Origin: Steroidobacterales bacterium
GTDB lineage: Bacteria > Pseudomonadota > Gammaproteobacteria > Steroidobacterales > Steroidobacteraceae
DNA: 64,000 nt
Assembly: GCA_038226325.1 (NCBI GenBank)
Contig: JBBRQO010000015.1
Span: 31,278-95,277 of the forward strand
Direction: 5' to 3'
Of the stretch, positions 1-10,114 are shown piece after piece. Below the pieces are notes generated by a model. It was not told the DNA's origin. It ran no database searches and saw only the letters and a program-made list of their open reading frames with translations. Both the position numbers and the translations under genes were made by a program. Within the stretch, counting starts at the first letter, position 1, and each line of letters starts with the position of its first letter.

Positions 1-997
1 GGGCGTTGGTCGCGTGGCCGGCGCTGAGCAACGTCGCCACGCAATTCGTGTGCAGGATGGAATTGATGTCGGGATCCCGCTCCAGTAGCGCCCGCGCTGG
101 TCCATCGGCGGGATTTTTAAGAAGCGCGGCGAGCGCCTTCTGCTCTTCCGGCGTCCGGGTCGCAGCCAATCGCGTGAAGTAGTCGCGAGTGGTCTCGTTG
201 AATTCCACAGGGAACGGATGCGCCTGGATGCGGACCAGGGCATTCGCGAGATGATAGATGGCGTTGTCGGGTAGCGGGCGTGAGCTGTGACCGCCCGGGT
301 TGGTGACCTCGAGCGTGTAGTTCTGCGATAGCTTCTCGCCGACCTGGATACCTTGAAAGACGGGTTTGCCCTGCGCGTCCAGCATACCACCGCCGCCTTC
401 ATTCAGGGCGAATGCGGCATCGATCAGATCGCGCTGGTTGGCGGCCAAATACTCTGCGCCATTAAAGGCACCGCTGGTCTCCTCGCCACAGGTCAGCGCC
501 ATCTTCAACGTGTGCTTGGGCCGGTAGCCCTCTTTCTTATACCGCGCCAAGGTATCGACCCAGATCGCAGCCATGGACTTGTCATCGGCGGCTCCTCGAG
601 CGAAAAAGAAGCCGTTTTCTTCGACCAGGACGAACGGATCGCGCGTCCAATCCTCGCGTCGCGCTTCGACAACGTCCAAGTGTGCCAGCATCAACACGGG
701 TCTTGCCTTCGGATCACGCCCCGGCAATATGGCGACGAGTCCGCCTTCCTTGGGATGGTCAGGCGCTGTGATCAAGTGCAGATTGGAGTCGCTAAATCCG
801 GCCGCCTTCAGATGGGCTGCCATTCGCTCGGCCGCCAGAGTACAGCTGCCCGAGGAGAGCGTGGTATTGGTCTCGACCAACTCTTTGTACAGCGCGCGAA
901 ACTCGACCTGTCCGGGAGTGAGCGAAGTTGTTTCGGCGAGCGCCGGCGCCGACAGGCTCACCAGCGCAATTCCGGCGAGGGTCAGTTGATTTATCAT
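1..997 (-). CDS. M20-family metallopeptidase, N-terminal ~332 codons only (gene runs off the left edge of the window)
   Basis: Absent from the ORF track because no stop lies inside the window. Reverse-strand translation from the ATG at 995-997 reads MINQLTLAGIALVSLSAPALA (signal peptide) ...RPVLMLAHLDVVEARREDWTRDPF...FFARGAADDKSMAA...LTCGEETSG...NPGGHSS. These are the H-x-D, GAxDDK and GEE metal-ligand blocks of M20/M25/M40 peptidases. The frame stays open to base 1. The + ORF 353..1114 is its antisense shadow. Confidence 0.75.
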   Translation of the reverse strand, partial: MINQLTLAGIALVSLSAPALAETTSLTPGQVEFRALYKELVETNTTLSSGSCTLAAERMAAHLKAAGFSDSNLHLITAPDHPKEGGLVAILPGRDPKARPVLMLAHLDVVEARREDWTRDPFVLVEENGFFFARGAADDKSMAAIWVDTLARYKKEGYRPKHTLKMALTCGEETSGAFNGAEYLAANQRDLIDAAFALNEGGGGMLDAQGKPVFQGIQVGEKLSQNYTLEVTNPGGHSSRPLPDNAIYHLANALVRIQAHPFPVEFNETTRDYFTRLAATRTPEEQKALAALLKNPADGPARALLERDPDINSILHTNCVATLLSAGHATNA

Positions 998-1091
998 GCT
1001 GTTTCCCGTTCGATTTTTATTGGGTATGAGTATACGTTATTGGCACTCGGGGGGATTCGCGCTGGTTCAGTACCATGGAGGAGAAATCAAT

Positions 1092-1400
1092 CTAGTCACT
1101 ATCGAGAACAATGATGCGGGGACCAGGTAATTCTCCAATCAATTGCCTCGCCGCCAACGGTATGTGCCCTAATCCGTAATCGGTCAGTGACGTACGGCGA
1201 GCGCATAAATAGCGATTAGCAAAGTCTATGGCTTTTGTAGCAGCGGTCCGAGTGGATTTCCTGCGCGGCGCTGCCGGTCGTGTTGCTGAGCCGCCTCGCA
1301 CGGCCGCCGCCGCACCGTGGCATAGTCTTCCGCCGTCACCTCGCCGCGTGCCACGGCCGCCAGGGCGTTGGTTGCCGCCAAGGTGAGCAGCGCTTCGTCA
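1092..1400 (-). pseudogene. decayed amidase-family gene remnant (N-terminal and C-terminal pieces in different frames)
   Basis: The part of minus ORF 1226..1528 lying downstream of the MBL stop reads LTLAATNALAAVARGEVTAEDYA...DRQRRAGNPLGPLLQKP*. This matches the pattern of amidase N-termini (..ELA.AIR.GEVS.. then ..G.PLGPLHGVP). Minus ORF 1092..1301 ends ..TDYGLGHIPLAARQLIGELPG, like the GLPIGLQLIG C-terminal block. Only about 100 codons remain. Confidence 0.35.
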
Positions 1401-1401
1401 T

Positions 1402-2184
1402 TCACGTCGCCGGCCTTGCGTCGAGGTAGGCTCGCGCAAGCGCCTGCAGGCGCTTGCGGCCGAAGCTCGGATCGTGCCCTGCGTGTACCAGGGAGACGGG
1501 CAGCGCAAGCAAGCGCTCCATCGTACACCGATAGGCGGCGACATCCGAATCCGGCAGGGTGTCGAGAAGCGGTCCGTCGTAGATCGCATCTCCCGAGAAA
1601 AGCATCTGCGTGCTGCGTTCGTAGAGGCCGATGCTGCCGGGCGAATGCCCAGGCAAATGCAGCACTTCGAAGGCGCGATCGCCGAGATCGACCACGTCAC
1701 CCTCCTGCAGCAGCCGGGTGGGCTCGAAGCCTCGAAGCCGATAATTGGCAACACGATAGCCCGGTGCCGGCACCGCCGTCAGAAGGCCACCTTCGATGTG
1801 GTATCCGGAACGTTCGATCGTGGCACGGCGCTCGGGCGCCCAAGAGTCAATATCCAGCGGGATATTATAGTGTGCAGTGCGAGCCATGTCGGCTTCCTTG
1901 GCGTGCACCAGGCGCTCGCTGAACTCGTGCATGCCACCGCCGTGGTCGGCATGAGTATGCGTCGCAACTGCCATGAGATGGCTGCTGAACAGATCCGCCG
2001 CCGCCGTCCGCAGGCTTGCCACGCCGAGCCCGGTGTCGACCAGCAGATCGGCATCTCTACCGGGGACATGCCAGATGTTACAGCGAAGCAGCGGATGGAC
2101 GTGCGGCTCCCAGAGCAGGGTCACGTCATCGATGCGTCGACGCTCGAACCAACTAGTTGCCGCAGCAGTGGTAGACACTATCAA
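1402..2184 (-). CDS. MBL-fold metallo-hydrolase
   Basis: 260-aa ORF with the H-x-H-x-D-H zinc motif (AVATHTHADHGGGMHEF) and later LHLPGHSPGS and HAGHD ligand blocks, typical of the metallo-beta-lactamase fold. Confidence 0.85.
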   Translation of the reverse strand: MIVSTTAAATSWFERRRIDDVTLLWEPHVHPLLRCNIWHVPGRDADLLVDTGLGVASLRTAAADLFSSHLMAVATHTHADHGGGMHEFSERLVHAKEADMARTAHYNIPLDIDSWAPERRATIERSGYHIEGGLLTAVPAPGYRVANYRLRGFEPTRLLQEGDVVDLGDRAFEVLHLPGHSPGSIGLYERSTQMLFSGDAIYDGPLLDTLPDSDVAAYRCTMERLLALPVSLVHAGHDPSFGRKRLQALARAYLDARPAT

Positions 2185-2190
2185 CGCGGC

Positions 2191-3228
2191 TTATGGTTGG
2201 GCGGCTTGCGCGGCACGCCCAACGGTCATGAGCGCAAATTCTTCAAAGAGCAGCTGCGCCGCCAACTGGACTGTGTTCGTCGTTGGATCGTATTGCGGCG
2301 CGACTTCGACGACATCGGCGCCGACGATGTTGAGACCGCCAAGCGCTCGCAACAGTGCAAGCCCTTCGCGCGGCGACAGTCCCCCGACTTCTGGCGTCCC
2401 CGTTCCCGGGGCAAACGCCGGATCGAAGCCATCAACGTCCACCGAAACATACACCGGTCCAGCGCCAACCACCTCGCGCGCCCGCTCGGCGATAGCCGCG
2501 ACGCCGGCCTGCATGAATTCCTCCATGTACACGACGGTCATCCCGGACACGTGTGAAAATTCCCAGTACATGTTTGAGGAGCCGCGGATGCCAATCTGAA
2601 TAGTACGCTCAGGGTCGAGCACTCCGTCGAGCACGGCGAGCCGGAAGGGACCGCCGTGGTGGAATTTCGAACCGTCGAACGCCCCCATGGTGTCGCAATG
2701 CGCGTCAATGTGCACGAGGCCTACGGGGGTGCTCCGCCCCAGCGCTTTTAAGATCGGATAGGTAATCGAATGGTCGCCGCCCACGGACAGAGGGCGCACG
2801 TTCCGAGCGTGCAGCACAGTGTAATAGCGCTCGATATCCTCGAGCGACTGTTCCAGGCTGAAGCGGCTGCGAAACGGCACGTCGCCCAAGTCGGCGGCGC
2901 GCGCGCCCGCCCGCGGCACCGTCTTGAAAACCGGGTGATAGGGGCCGATGCGCTCGATGCCGCGCACTGCGCGCGGCCCGAACCGCGCCCCCGGCCGGTT
3001 GGACACGCCCAAGTCCATCGGCACACCGATCACGGCCACGTCAAGGCCGGCGGCATCGTCTGTGGCCGGCAGATCGAGGAAGGTGGGCATGCCCGCATAG
3101 GGTGCGCGGCGCCGTCCATCGGGCGTCTGGACCTGCTCAGCAGCACGGATCAACACAGGGTCCGTGGCATCGAAGGCGCCGCCGTCGACGTAGCGCGCCC
3201 GCAGGGCCAGAAGTTTTGCTTTATCCAT
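2191..3228 (-). CDS. agmatinase / guanidino-acid hydrolase (arginase-ureohydrolase family)
   Basis: 345-aa ORF with the ureohydrolase Mn-binding blocks GGDHSITYPILKAL, HIDAHCDT and SVDVDGFDPAFAPGTGTPEVGGL. The substrate (agmatine versus guanidinobutyrate etc.) cannot be told from sequence alone. Confidence 0.85.
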   Translation of the reverse strand: MDKAKLLALRARYVDGGAFDATDPVLIRAAEQVQTPDGRRRAPYAGMPTFLDLPATDDAAGLDVAVIGVPMDLGVSNRPGARFGPRAVRGIERIGPYHPVFKTVPRAGARAADLGDVPFRSRFSLEQSLEDIERYYTVLHARNVRPLSVGGDHSITYPILKALGRSTPVGLVHIDAHCDTMGAFDGSKFHHGGPFRLAVLDGVLDPERTIQIGIRGSSNMYWEFSHVSGMTVVYMEEFMQAGVAAIAERAREVVGAGPVYVSVDVDGFDPAFAPGTGTPEVGGLSPREGLALLRALGGLNIVGADVVEVAPQYDPTTNTVQLAAQLLFEEFALMTVGRAAQAAQP

Positions 3229-3271
3229 CTCGGTGCTTTCCTCGCTGCGCGTGCAGGTTGTCAGGTCGCGC

Positions 3272-4516
3272 TCACGCGGGGCGCTTGGCGTGGACAGAAG
3301 CTTGTACTGGCGCGATGATTCGCGACGCCTCGCGCGCAGCGCGACCCAGCCCTAAAGCCGCGAGGAAACAAACATAGCAGGCGCCGACCGCGATGATTCC
3401 GAACCACAACAGCGAGGTGTAGGGACGATTGGCAATGATCAACCCGCCCGCATACGGCCCGATCGCAAGCGTCAGGTGACTAGCCGTACCATATACGGCC
3501 ACGAAGCGGCCCGTCGTATCGACGTCGTTGAAGATGATGATGAAGTAGGGAACTACATAGCTCCACATGATCTGGAACACCGCATTGATCAGGAAGAACG
3601 CAGTGATCGGATCGGCATAGTGACTTAAGCGAGTCAGGAGCCCGAGCGAGATCACCTGCACCAATGCACTTAACATCAACGGACGCGCGCGCCCGAACCG
3701 CAGTCCGAGCCAAGCTGCGGCGCCGGAGCCCAGAAGGCTAACCACGAGCCCCACGCTCAGCGCCGTCCCGGTCTGTTCGAGCGATAAGCCCGCTTCGCGG
3801 GCGATGCCTTCGAGATAGCCCCATACCGCACCAATCATGAGGAAGTAGAGTGCGGTGCCGGCGGCGACCAAGCTGCCGCGACCTGCGAGGCTTCGCCACG
3901 CCATCGGACCACTGGCCGGGCGATCTGCCGGATCCTCGGGGTACCACCGAGCGCTGACAAGGAGTGTGATCAGGAGCCAACCTGAGAGAAAGACGTAGAA
4001 CGCATCGAGCCGCCAGGCCAATCGCACGGCATCGATGGCGTATACCCCGGCGGCGCCGAACACGACCTGCAAGGAGATCAGGAGTCCGGTATTGCGATCG
4101 GCGCGTGTGGTATCGAGGACGCCGGCGAGCGCTACGGGGTAAGCGACACCGGCGGTGAGACCTGCAAGAAGCCGAACGCACAGCAGTGGCCAGAATGAAC
4201 GGATGGCGAAGCACACCATGTTGATCAGCAGAAACGCGGCAAGCGAAGCGAGCACCGTCGGTCGCCACGATACGCGCCTAAGCCACCAAGGGGCCGTGGC
4301 AGTCATTAAAGCTATACCGGTCAGGTCGGCCGACGCGAGTAGTCCGATGCGGGTCGCGGACAGATGCAGGACGTCGCCCAGCGCACCGACGAACGAAGGA
4401 AGCAGCAAGAACATCGCTTCGGTCACGGTACCGACCAGAAGCAGCGCGACCAGCGCTGCCGTTCCATCGATTGCCCTCTCGGTTCGCGGCATCGGCATGG
4501 TCATGTCGCAGGACAT
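3272..4516 (-). CDS. MFS transporter
   Basis: 414-aa ORF, strongly hydrophobic, about 12 predicted helices in two 6-helix halves. Sits downstream of a TonB receptor on the same strand. Confidence 0.75.
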   Translation of the reverse strand: MSCDMTMPMPRTERAIDGTAALVALLLVGTVTEAMFLLLPSFVGALGDVLHLSATRIGLLASADLTGIALMTATAPWWLRRVSWRPTVLASLAAFLLINMVCFAIRSFWPLLCVRLLAGLTAGVAYPVALAGVLDTTRADRNTGLLISLQVVFGAAGVYAIDAVRLAWRLDAFYVFLSGWLLITLLVSARWYPEDPADRPASGPMAWRSLAGRGSLVAAGTALYFLMIGAVWGYLEGIAREAGLSLEQTGTALSVGLVVSLLGSGAAAWLGLRFGRARPLMLSALVQVISLGLLTRLSHYADPITAFFLINAVFQIMWSYVVPYFIIIFNDVDTTGRFVAVYGTASHLTLAIGPYAGGLIIANRPYTSLLWFGIIAVGACYVCFLAALGLGRAAREASRIIAPVQASVHAKRPA

Positions 4517-4540
4517 ACGCTTCGGTCCGTCTACATTGCG

Positions 4541-6745
4541 TCAGTGCCAGCGGTAGCTGAACGTTGCGCCAATCTGGCGCGGTGCTGCCGGAAAACCGAT
4601 CACCGAGCCGCCGTCGTTGAAAATCTCACGGAAGTATTGCTTGTTAAACGCGTTCTTTGCCCAGACCGAGACTTTCCACCTATCCGTCGGATCGCTCAGC
4701 GCGACGCTTGGGTTTACAAGTCCGTAGCCGCCGATATGTTGCCGCGGATCACCTTGCACATAGTAGAACGTGTCGCCCCGGTAATTGGCATCGAGAACAA
4801 CCGTAGCCTTCAGCGTCTCGCTCAAAGCCCAATGATAATTCATCCGCGAATCGAATTCGATCTTGGGTGCGTTGCCGAGACGATGACCTACGATGCTGCC
4901 ATAGACACCGGTCGGCTGCTGCGCGAGCACGTCGGATTCGAGGACCTTGGTATTGAGCAGCCCCAGCCCGATATCCCAATTAAATCCAGTGAATGGCAGC
5001 CAACTGGTCTCCAGCTCAAGTCCCTCAATACGGCTCTTCGCGATGTTGAAAATACGGAACTCGTTGCCGACCAGCCCAAAGGCTTGCAGGTTTGTGTAAT
5101 CGTAGTAGAACAGCGCCCCATTTATACGCAGCGTGTTGTTCACCCAATTCGACTTGAAACCCGCTTCATAGGAGTTAATAAATTCGGGGCTGTAGGGCTT
5201 CTTCGCACCGATATCCGTCACATACACACCGGTGATGCCACCGGACTTATAGCCGCGCGAATAGTTCGAATACAGCAACACATCGCCGATTCGATAATCA
5301 AGACCGAGTTTGCCAGTGGGTTCGTGGTATTTAAGCACTGTATCAACCAGACATGTCGGGGTGCAGACCGTCCCGTTCGCCAGTCCGATGTCATTATTGG
5401 TGTGGTCGCCCGGCAGCGTACTGGTGCCGCCAGTGAAGTGCTTTTGCTCATCGGTGTAACGCAAACCGGCCGTGAGGCGCAGTGCCTCGGTCAGCGAGAT
5501 CTCATTGTGACTAAACAGTGCGGCTGAGGTCGTGGTCTGGTGGTATTTTTCCTCGAAGATATAAGTGTTGTAAATTGGATTGTTCGTTTCGTCGAAATGA
5601 TCGTACTCGTGCAGGCGGTCGCGGCCGAAAAAGGCGCCTGCGATCCAATTCCAACGCTGCACGCCGTCCGAGCTCAGGCGCAACTCCTCGGAGTACTGCG
5701 CGAGGTGACCGGAGTAGCGGTTCCAGCCGTTCGGCACCGGAATTGAACCGTAGTCCTCGGTGCGAACGAAGTCCAGATCCTCGACCGAGCTGATCGACTT
5801 TCCCGTCGCGAAGCCGTAGTCGTGGTCCGCGGTGACGGTAAGTCCGTTCGAAGAGTTGTCGATGAGGGGCTGCGGCTGGAATGCATGATTGCCGTGATAG
5901 ATGTTGGGGTTCTGCTGTGCGGCGAGCGCCGCATCCGCGACGCTGGTCGCGGTCTGGCCGGGCACTGCCTCGGCAACCCACTTATAGTACCAATCGTCCG
6001 ATCGATCGATGCCGCCATGATAGTTCACAAGGACATGGGTCGCACCCAGTTCCCACAACAGCTGGCCGCGCCAGCTACCGCGCCGCGACTGGCCCCAGTT
6101 TTGCCCCGTGTTGTCGTTGACAAAAAAACCTTTCAATTGCCGCTCAACCGATACCGACAGACGCCCCGAGAGGTTCTCGCCAAGCGGTCCGTTGACATAG
6201 CCCTCCGCCCCGAACAGATCCCATTCTCCGATCGTGATCGACGTATCCGCATCAAAGATCGAGGTGGGCTTGTTGGTAATGAAATTCACGGCGCCGGCCG
6301 TCGTATTACGCCCATAGAGGGTGCCCTGCGGCCCTTTGACCACTTCAACGCGCTGCATGTCCATGGTCTGGAACGATAGCTCCGCATTGTTCACCAAGTA
6401 CACCTCATCAACGTACACACCAACTGGTTGTGTACCGTTGGTGGCGAAGTCGTTGAGCCCGATGCCGCGAAGCGCGAAAATCGGCGAAGTGTTGCCGACC
6501 GCGTTCTTGGTGGTGAGATTGGGCGTCACGTTTGCAAGGTCGATCGGCTGCACCACGCCGGCCTCGGAGAGTGCTGCGCCGCTGAAGGCATCTACTGCCA
6601 CTGGAACGTCCTGCAGATTCTGGGTCCGCTTCTGCGCGGTGACGACGATCTCTTGGAGTGTTTCCTCGGCCAGGGTCATGCGCGGCACCGCAATGGCGAT
6701 GGCGATGATCGGCGAGATTGAGAGAATCCGGTGTAAATGTCTCAT
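4541..6745 (-). CDS. TonB-dependent receptor
   Basis: The ORF track gives 4541..6811. I prefer the internal ATG (M23, MRHLHRILSISPIIAIAIAVPRMTLA signal peptide). Plug motif EIVVTAQKRTQNLQDVPVAV, long beta-barrel, C-terminal ..GATFSYRWH. Confidence 0.85.
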   Translation of the reverse strand: MRHLHRILSISPIIAIAIAVPRMTLAEETLQEIVVTAQKRTQNLQDVPVAVDAFSGAALSEAGVVQPIDLANVTPNLTTKNAVGNTSPIFALRGIGLNDFATNGTQPVGVYVDEVYLVNNAELSFQTMDMQRVEVVKGPQGTLYGRNTTAGAVNFITNKPTSIFDADTSITIGEWDLFGAEGYVNGPLGENLSGRLSVSVERQLKGFFVNDNTGQNWGQSRRGSWRGQLLWELGATHVLVNYHGGIDRSDDWYYKWVAEAVPGQTATSVADAALAAQQNPNIYHGNHAFQPQPLIDNSSNGLTVTADHDYGFATGKSISSVEDLDFVRTEDYGSIPVPNGWNRYSGHLAQYSEELRLSSDGVQRWNWIAGAFFGRDRLHEYDHFDETNNPIYNTYIFEEKYHQTTTSAALFSHNEISLTEALRLTAGLRYTDEQKHFTGGTSTLPGDHTNNDIGLANGTVCTPTCLVDTVLKYHEPTGKLGLDYRIGDVLLYSNYSRGYKSGGITGVYVTDIGAKKPYSPEFINSYEAGFKSNWVNNTLRINGALFYYDYTNLQAFGLVGNEFRIFNIAKSRIEGLELETSWLPFTGFNWDIGLGLLNTKVLESDVLAQQPTGVYGSIVGHRLGNAPKIEFDSRMNYHWALSETLKATVVLDANYRGDTFYYVQGDPRQHIGGYGLVNPSVALSDPTDRWKVSVWAKNAFNKQYFREIFNDGGSVIGFPAAPRQIGATFSYRWH

Positions 6746-6790
6746 ATTGCCTCCCTTCGGGCGCGACGCGTACTCCGCCTCTTGATTTGG

Positions 6791-6807
6791 GGTTAATTGG
6801 ATTAACC
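6791..6807. promoter_or_regulatory. perfect 7-3-7 palindrome, candidate TetR operator
   Basis: GGTTAATTGGATTAACC (approx. 6791-6807) lies between the divergent TonB receptor (start 6745) and the TetR gene (start 6934). Confidence 0.35.
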
Positions 6808-6933
6808 TCACTGGTGAAGATAGCTAAGCCGAGTGCGAATTGCAACCGCAACGCTTGGTTGTCCTGCGGCGCGAAACCTGACAGAGTTTCGCAATTGATC
6901 CCGTTTCCACTAGAAACGCGCTGGAGTGCACCG

Positions 6934-7632
6934 ATGCCGGCCAAGAAGGAGCGACGCAGCGCTGATACGCCGACGCGTGAGCGAATCCTCAACGAAGTGG
7001 AGCGTCTGATCGTCCGGAAAGGCGTATACGGATTTATACTTCGCGACGTGGCGGGGCCCCTCGGCCTGCAAGTGCCCGCCATTTACAAGCACTTCAGCGG
7101 CCGAGACCATGTGCTTATCGAATTGTCGCGGCGGTTTATCGATGGCCTTTCGCGCCAATTTGCGCCGATGCAGCCAGTCGAGACGGATCCAGCGGTCGTC
7201 CTCAGGTGCCGGCTCGACGAACTGGTCGACTTCCATTTGGACAATCCGGCGTACGTTCGCCTGTCCCTTATTGATTTCGCGACTCCTGAGGGCGGTATGG
7301 AATATTTGTCGCTTGCCTCAGGCGGTCCGCTGCACGAAACTCCTCACTCCGGGCCGCTGGCTATCATGCACCGGAATCTGGCCACGTTGCTTGACGCTGG
7401 TCGTTCTGCAAATCGGTTTCGCTCCGTCGTGCCTATAGATTTTTACCGCGTTGTGAAGTCTGTACTGCTGATCCGGCTCGTCTTTCCGGATGACGCGCTG
7501 CTTACGGGTAAGCCAACGGCAGCGCAGGTGGCGGAGGTGAAGACAAGTTTGTGGGATATCGCCTGTCGATACCTGTCGCCCGGCACATACGAGACATCGA
7601 TGCGCACACCGCAGAATCGCTCACGTCGTTGA
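6934..7632 (+). CDS. TetR-family transcriptional regulator
   Basis: In-frame ATG inside ORF 6718..7632. N-terminus MPAKKERRSADTPTRERILNEVERLIVRKGVYGFILRDVAGPLGLQVPAIYKHFSGRDHVL is a canonical TetR HTH. Divergent from the TonB receptor. Confidence 0.85.
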   Translation: MPAKKERRSADTPTRERILNEVERLIVRKGVYGFILRDVAGPLGLQVPAIYKHFSGRDHVLIELSRRFIDGLSRQFAPMQPVETDPAVVLRCRLDELVDFHLDNPAYVRLSLIDFATPEGGMEYLSLASGGPLHETPHSGPLAIMHRNLATLLDAGRSANRFRSVVPIDFYRVVKSVLLIRLVFPDDALLTGKPTAAQVAEVKTSLWDIACRYLSPGTYETSMRTPQNRSRR

Positions 7633-7994
7633 TGGGGTAAACCCAACGTTGCGGCTTGGCAATGCCGTAGTCTGGCGGGGCCGACCCCGTTACCTACTTC
7701 CCGTCCCAGTTATGCTGGGACCGGCCAACCAGACCCGGCACGATTCCTTCCCCCAGTCGTCCATGATCCGGAGGGTGCTGTCACCGAGTCTGGGAGGCGG
7801 CTGGTGATCGCTGATAGGGGCTGGACCCTGATACATTCTGGAGCAGCCCCCATTTGAACTTAGCTGCTACATCTTTGGCGTGGTTGCCTGCGTAATCTTC
7901 CCCGCGTCGTCGGCCGGCGCGCACTGCCCAATACTTACTGGGGAACGCGATCCTCCCGCCACACTCTGAAAATCGTCAGTCCTGGCTGGTCGAT

Positions 7995-8315
7995 GTGAGC
8001 AGTCCCAATGAGATCCTATTAGAGTATAAGTCATACAGTGCCGAGGCGATGCGAACACTGTATGGATGGGGAGCACCAATGGCAATCGAAGGCATTTACT
8101 TCAGCATTTGCAGCTCGAGAGAGCCCCGCAAGTCAAATTGCGATTCCCGAGAAATAGCCATGGAGCTTCTCGACGCCAACATACAAAGAGCGCGGTCGGA
8201 AGGGGGGTCGGCGGGGATGCTTCACAATGGCCAATGGGAGGTTTTTTCCCCGAATCGGCCGATGATTCTGTATTGGGTTGAAGACTCAGACGGCGACGTG
8301 CAGAAGTTCATTTAA
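7995..8315 (+). CDS. hypothetical small protein (orphan ORF in a lower-GC patch)
   Basis: 106-aa ORF with no recognisable motif. Its composition differs from its neighbours. Coding status uncertain. Confidence 0.3.
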   Translation: MSSPNEILLEYKSYSAEAMRTLYGWGAPMAIEGIYFSICSSREPRKSNCDSREIAMELLDANIQRARSEGGSAGMLHNGQWEVFSPNRPMILYWVEDSDGDVQKFI

Positions 8316-8498
8316 CTCTGCCTGCGTGCCCGCCATCGCGCCCGATCTCGCGACACACCATCAAAACGGCGCGGCCAAGGCGGCCGGCAATCGTACGCCT
8401 GATTCGCCGACAGCGATCCCGCGAGAGATATCCTCGCGCTTTGCGTACGATCCAACACTGTGTGCGACTTCCTTGAGTGCAATTCGAATGCATACCCC

Positions 8499-9188
8499 TT
8501 AGAGTTTCGGCACGCGGATGCGGCTCACCATGAGTGAGCCTGATATCGCGAACAGAATCGTAAGCGGATGGAAAATGAAGCCAAGCAGCAAGATTTGACC
8601 GAACCAGAGGTTCTCGCCAATTGCCCCGCGGGCTGTAGCAAGCGCAAGGAGGCACACGAGAAAAAAAGAGGTGGGAATTGGCGTGCCCTCAAAGTACTTT
8701 ACCTTGTCGTTGCCTTCAGATAGCGCAGTGGCTGTGACGTTGTAGCGCGCCAATCGTGATACACCGCATGCGACGAAGAACACCAAAACAATGCGATCAT
8801 AGAGTCCCTGCATGCCGCAACCATATCCAATCATCGCTGGCGCGACGCCAAATGAAATAACATCTGCTAAGGAATCAAGCTCGCGACCAAGTAAGGAAGC
8901 CTTTCGGCGCCAGCGAGCGATGCGCCCGTCCAGCACGTCGAAAATAAACGCACCGAGTACCAGGCCCGCCGCAAAATAAATATGTTGCGTCTCCGCGGTC
9001 TCGACAAAGCTGATAACGGCAAAGATGGCCGCGGTTCCGCAGATCGCATTGCCCAATGTGAACCAGTCCGCCAGATGAAATTCTCTAATCATCGAGAACG
9101 GCTTTTTTTGAATCTTGCCTGTGGCCATCGGTAGCTCGTGTGCGGGTAAATGGTCCTGGGCTGGGTTGTTCTTAGCAGTATATTCCAA
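8499..9188 (-). CDS. pssA: CDP-diacylglycerol--serine O-phosphatidyltransferase (CDP-alcohol phosphatidyltransferase family)
   Basis: Exact CDP-alcohol motif D-x2-DG-x2-AR-x8-G-x3-D-x3-D in FDVLDGRIARWRRKASLLGRELDSLADVISF. Multi-pass membrane profile. An alternative start is MATGKIQKK at 9128. Confidence 0.85.
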   Translation of the reverse strand: MEYTAKNNPAQDHLPAHELPMATGKIQKKPFSMIREFHLADWFTLGNAICGTAAIFAVISFVETAETQHIYFAAGLVLGAFIFDVLDGRIARWRRKASLLGRELDSLADVISFGVAPAMIGYGCGMQGLYDRIVLVFFVACGVSRLARYNVTATALSEGNDKVKYFEGTPIPTSFFLVCLLALATARGAIGENLWFGQILLLGFIFHPLTILFAISGSLMVSRIRVPKL

Positions 9189-9381
9189 TAAAACGCATTG
9201 AATAGGCCAAACGGCAACTAGTTGAATCAGTGGTTTTGGCTGGAATGCGAGTCTCGCGATCTAACGCTTTAAAACCTAGTCGTTAGAACGAGAAGGTTTG
9301 TACACCGCCGATCGCATCACAATGGCGGGCGAGTGACATACTTGATGGGTGACGCGCGTGGAGCGAGCGTAACTTCAGGGG

Positions 9382-9960
9382 CTAATTCTGCTTTGTATAA
9401 ATGATGTCTTTGACATCGAACCCCATTTCGACAGCGCGTCCTAGAATCCGATTTACCTGATCACTTGCCATTGTCGGTGTACGACTAAGTAACCAAAGAT
9501 ATTTCTTGTCAGGCGTACCCACTAGGGACCAGCGATAGTCTGGGTCTATCCCAATCACCCAATAGTCTCCTCGGAACGGCCAAAAAAAGGTCACCTTGAG
9601 CTTCGATGTTGGTCCTCCTGCTACAGCCAGTTGCGCCTTGCCACGCGACGATGTCATTTTTCCATTAATCCTTTGGCAGGAATTCAAGACAGTGATGTCC
9701 CCGTCAGGGCGCAGAGTGTAGGTCGCAGTCACAAGCGATGCACACTTTTTCTCCCAGCTTAGTGGCAGACGGACAATCTCGTACCACTGGCCTTGGTATC
9801 GATTCAGATCGACGCTAGGCACGGCGTGCACCGAATCTGTCGCTGCATATGCCGGCATGCCTAAGAACAGCGCCCAAAGGAAACACCATGGAAATAGTAG
9901 AAGAGCGCGCAGCGTTGCGGGCTCATGCGATAGACGTTTAATACCGTTCCGACTCTTCAA
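9382..9960 (-). CDS. blc: bacterial lipocalin (outer-membrane lipoprotein Blc family)
   Basis: 192 aa, signal peptide, then VDLNRYQGQWYEIVRLP... and ..DYWVIGIDPDYRWSLVGTPDKKYLWLLSRTP, the Blc signature blocks. Confidence 0.85.
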   Translation of the reverse strand: MKSRNGIKRLSHEPATLRALLLFPWCFLWALFLGMPAYAATDSVHAVPSVDLNRYQGQWYEIVRLPLSWEKKCASLVTATYTLRPDGDITVLNSCQRINGKMTSSRGKAQLAVAGGPTSKLKVTFFWPFRGDYWVIGIDPDYRWSLVGTPDKKYLWLLSRTPTMASDQVNRILGRAVEMGFDVKDIIYTKQN

Positions 9961-10114
9961 ATCATCTTCTCCAGAAGCGTGACATTGCGCTAAAGAAGCA
10001 GGAATTCTGGTGATGTAATATTAAAGTGGATAGGGATTCGCAGCGCTATGCTACGTAGGATATCGTGCCACATCGCACACTCTCTATCCGGCAGGCGCCG
10101 ATGACGTACGTCGG

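Noticed and set aside
353-1114. 253-aa + strand ORF (and nested 573..989) at the left edge
   Set aside because: Low-complexity, Arg/Gly/Ala-rich translation with no motifs. It lies exactly antisense to a well-supported M20 peptidase reading frame that is open to the window edge.
1474-2599. 360-aa and 208-aa + strand ORFs across the MBL hydrolase and agmatinase genes
   Set aside because: Antisense shadows typical of GC-rich DNA. The minus-strand genes carry clear catalytic motifs and the + translations have none.
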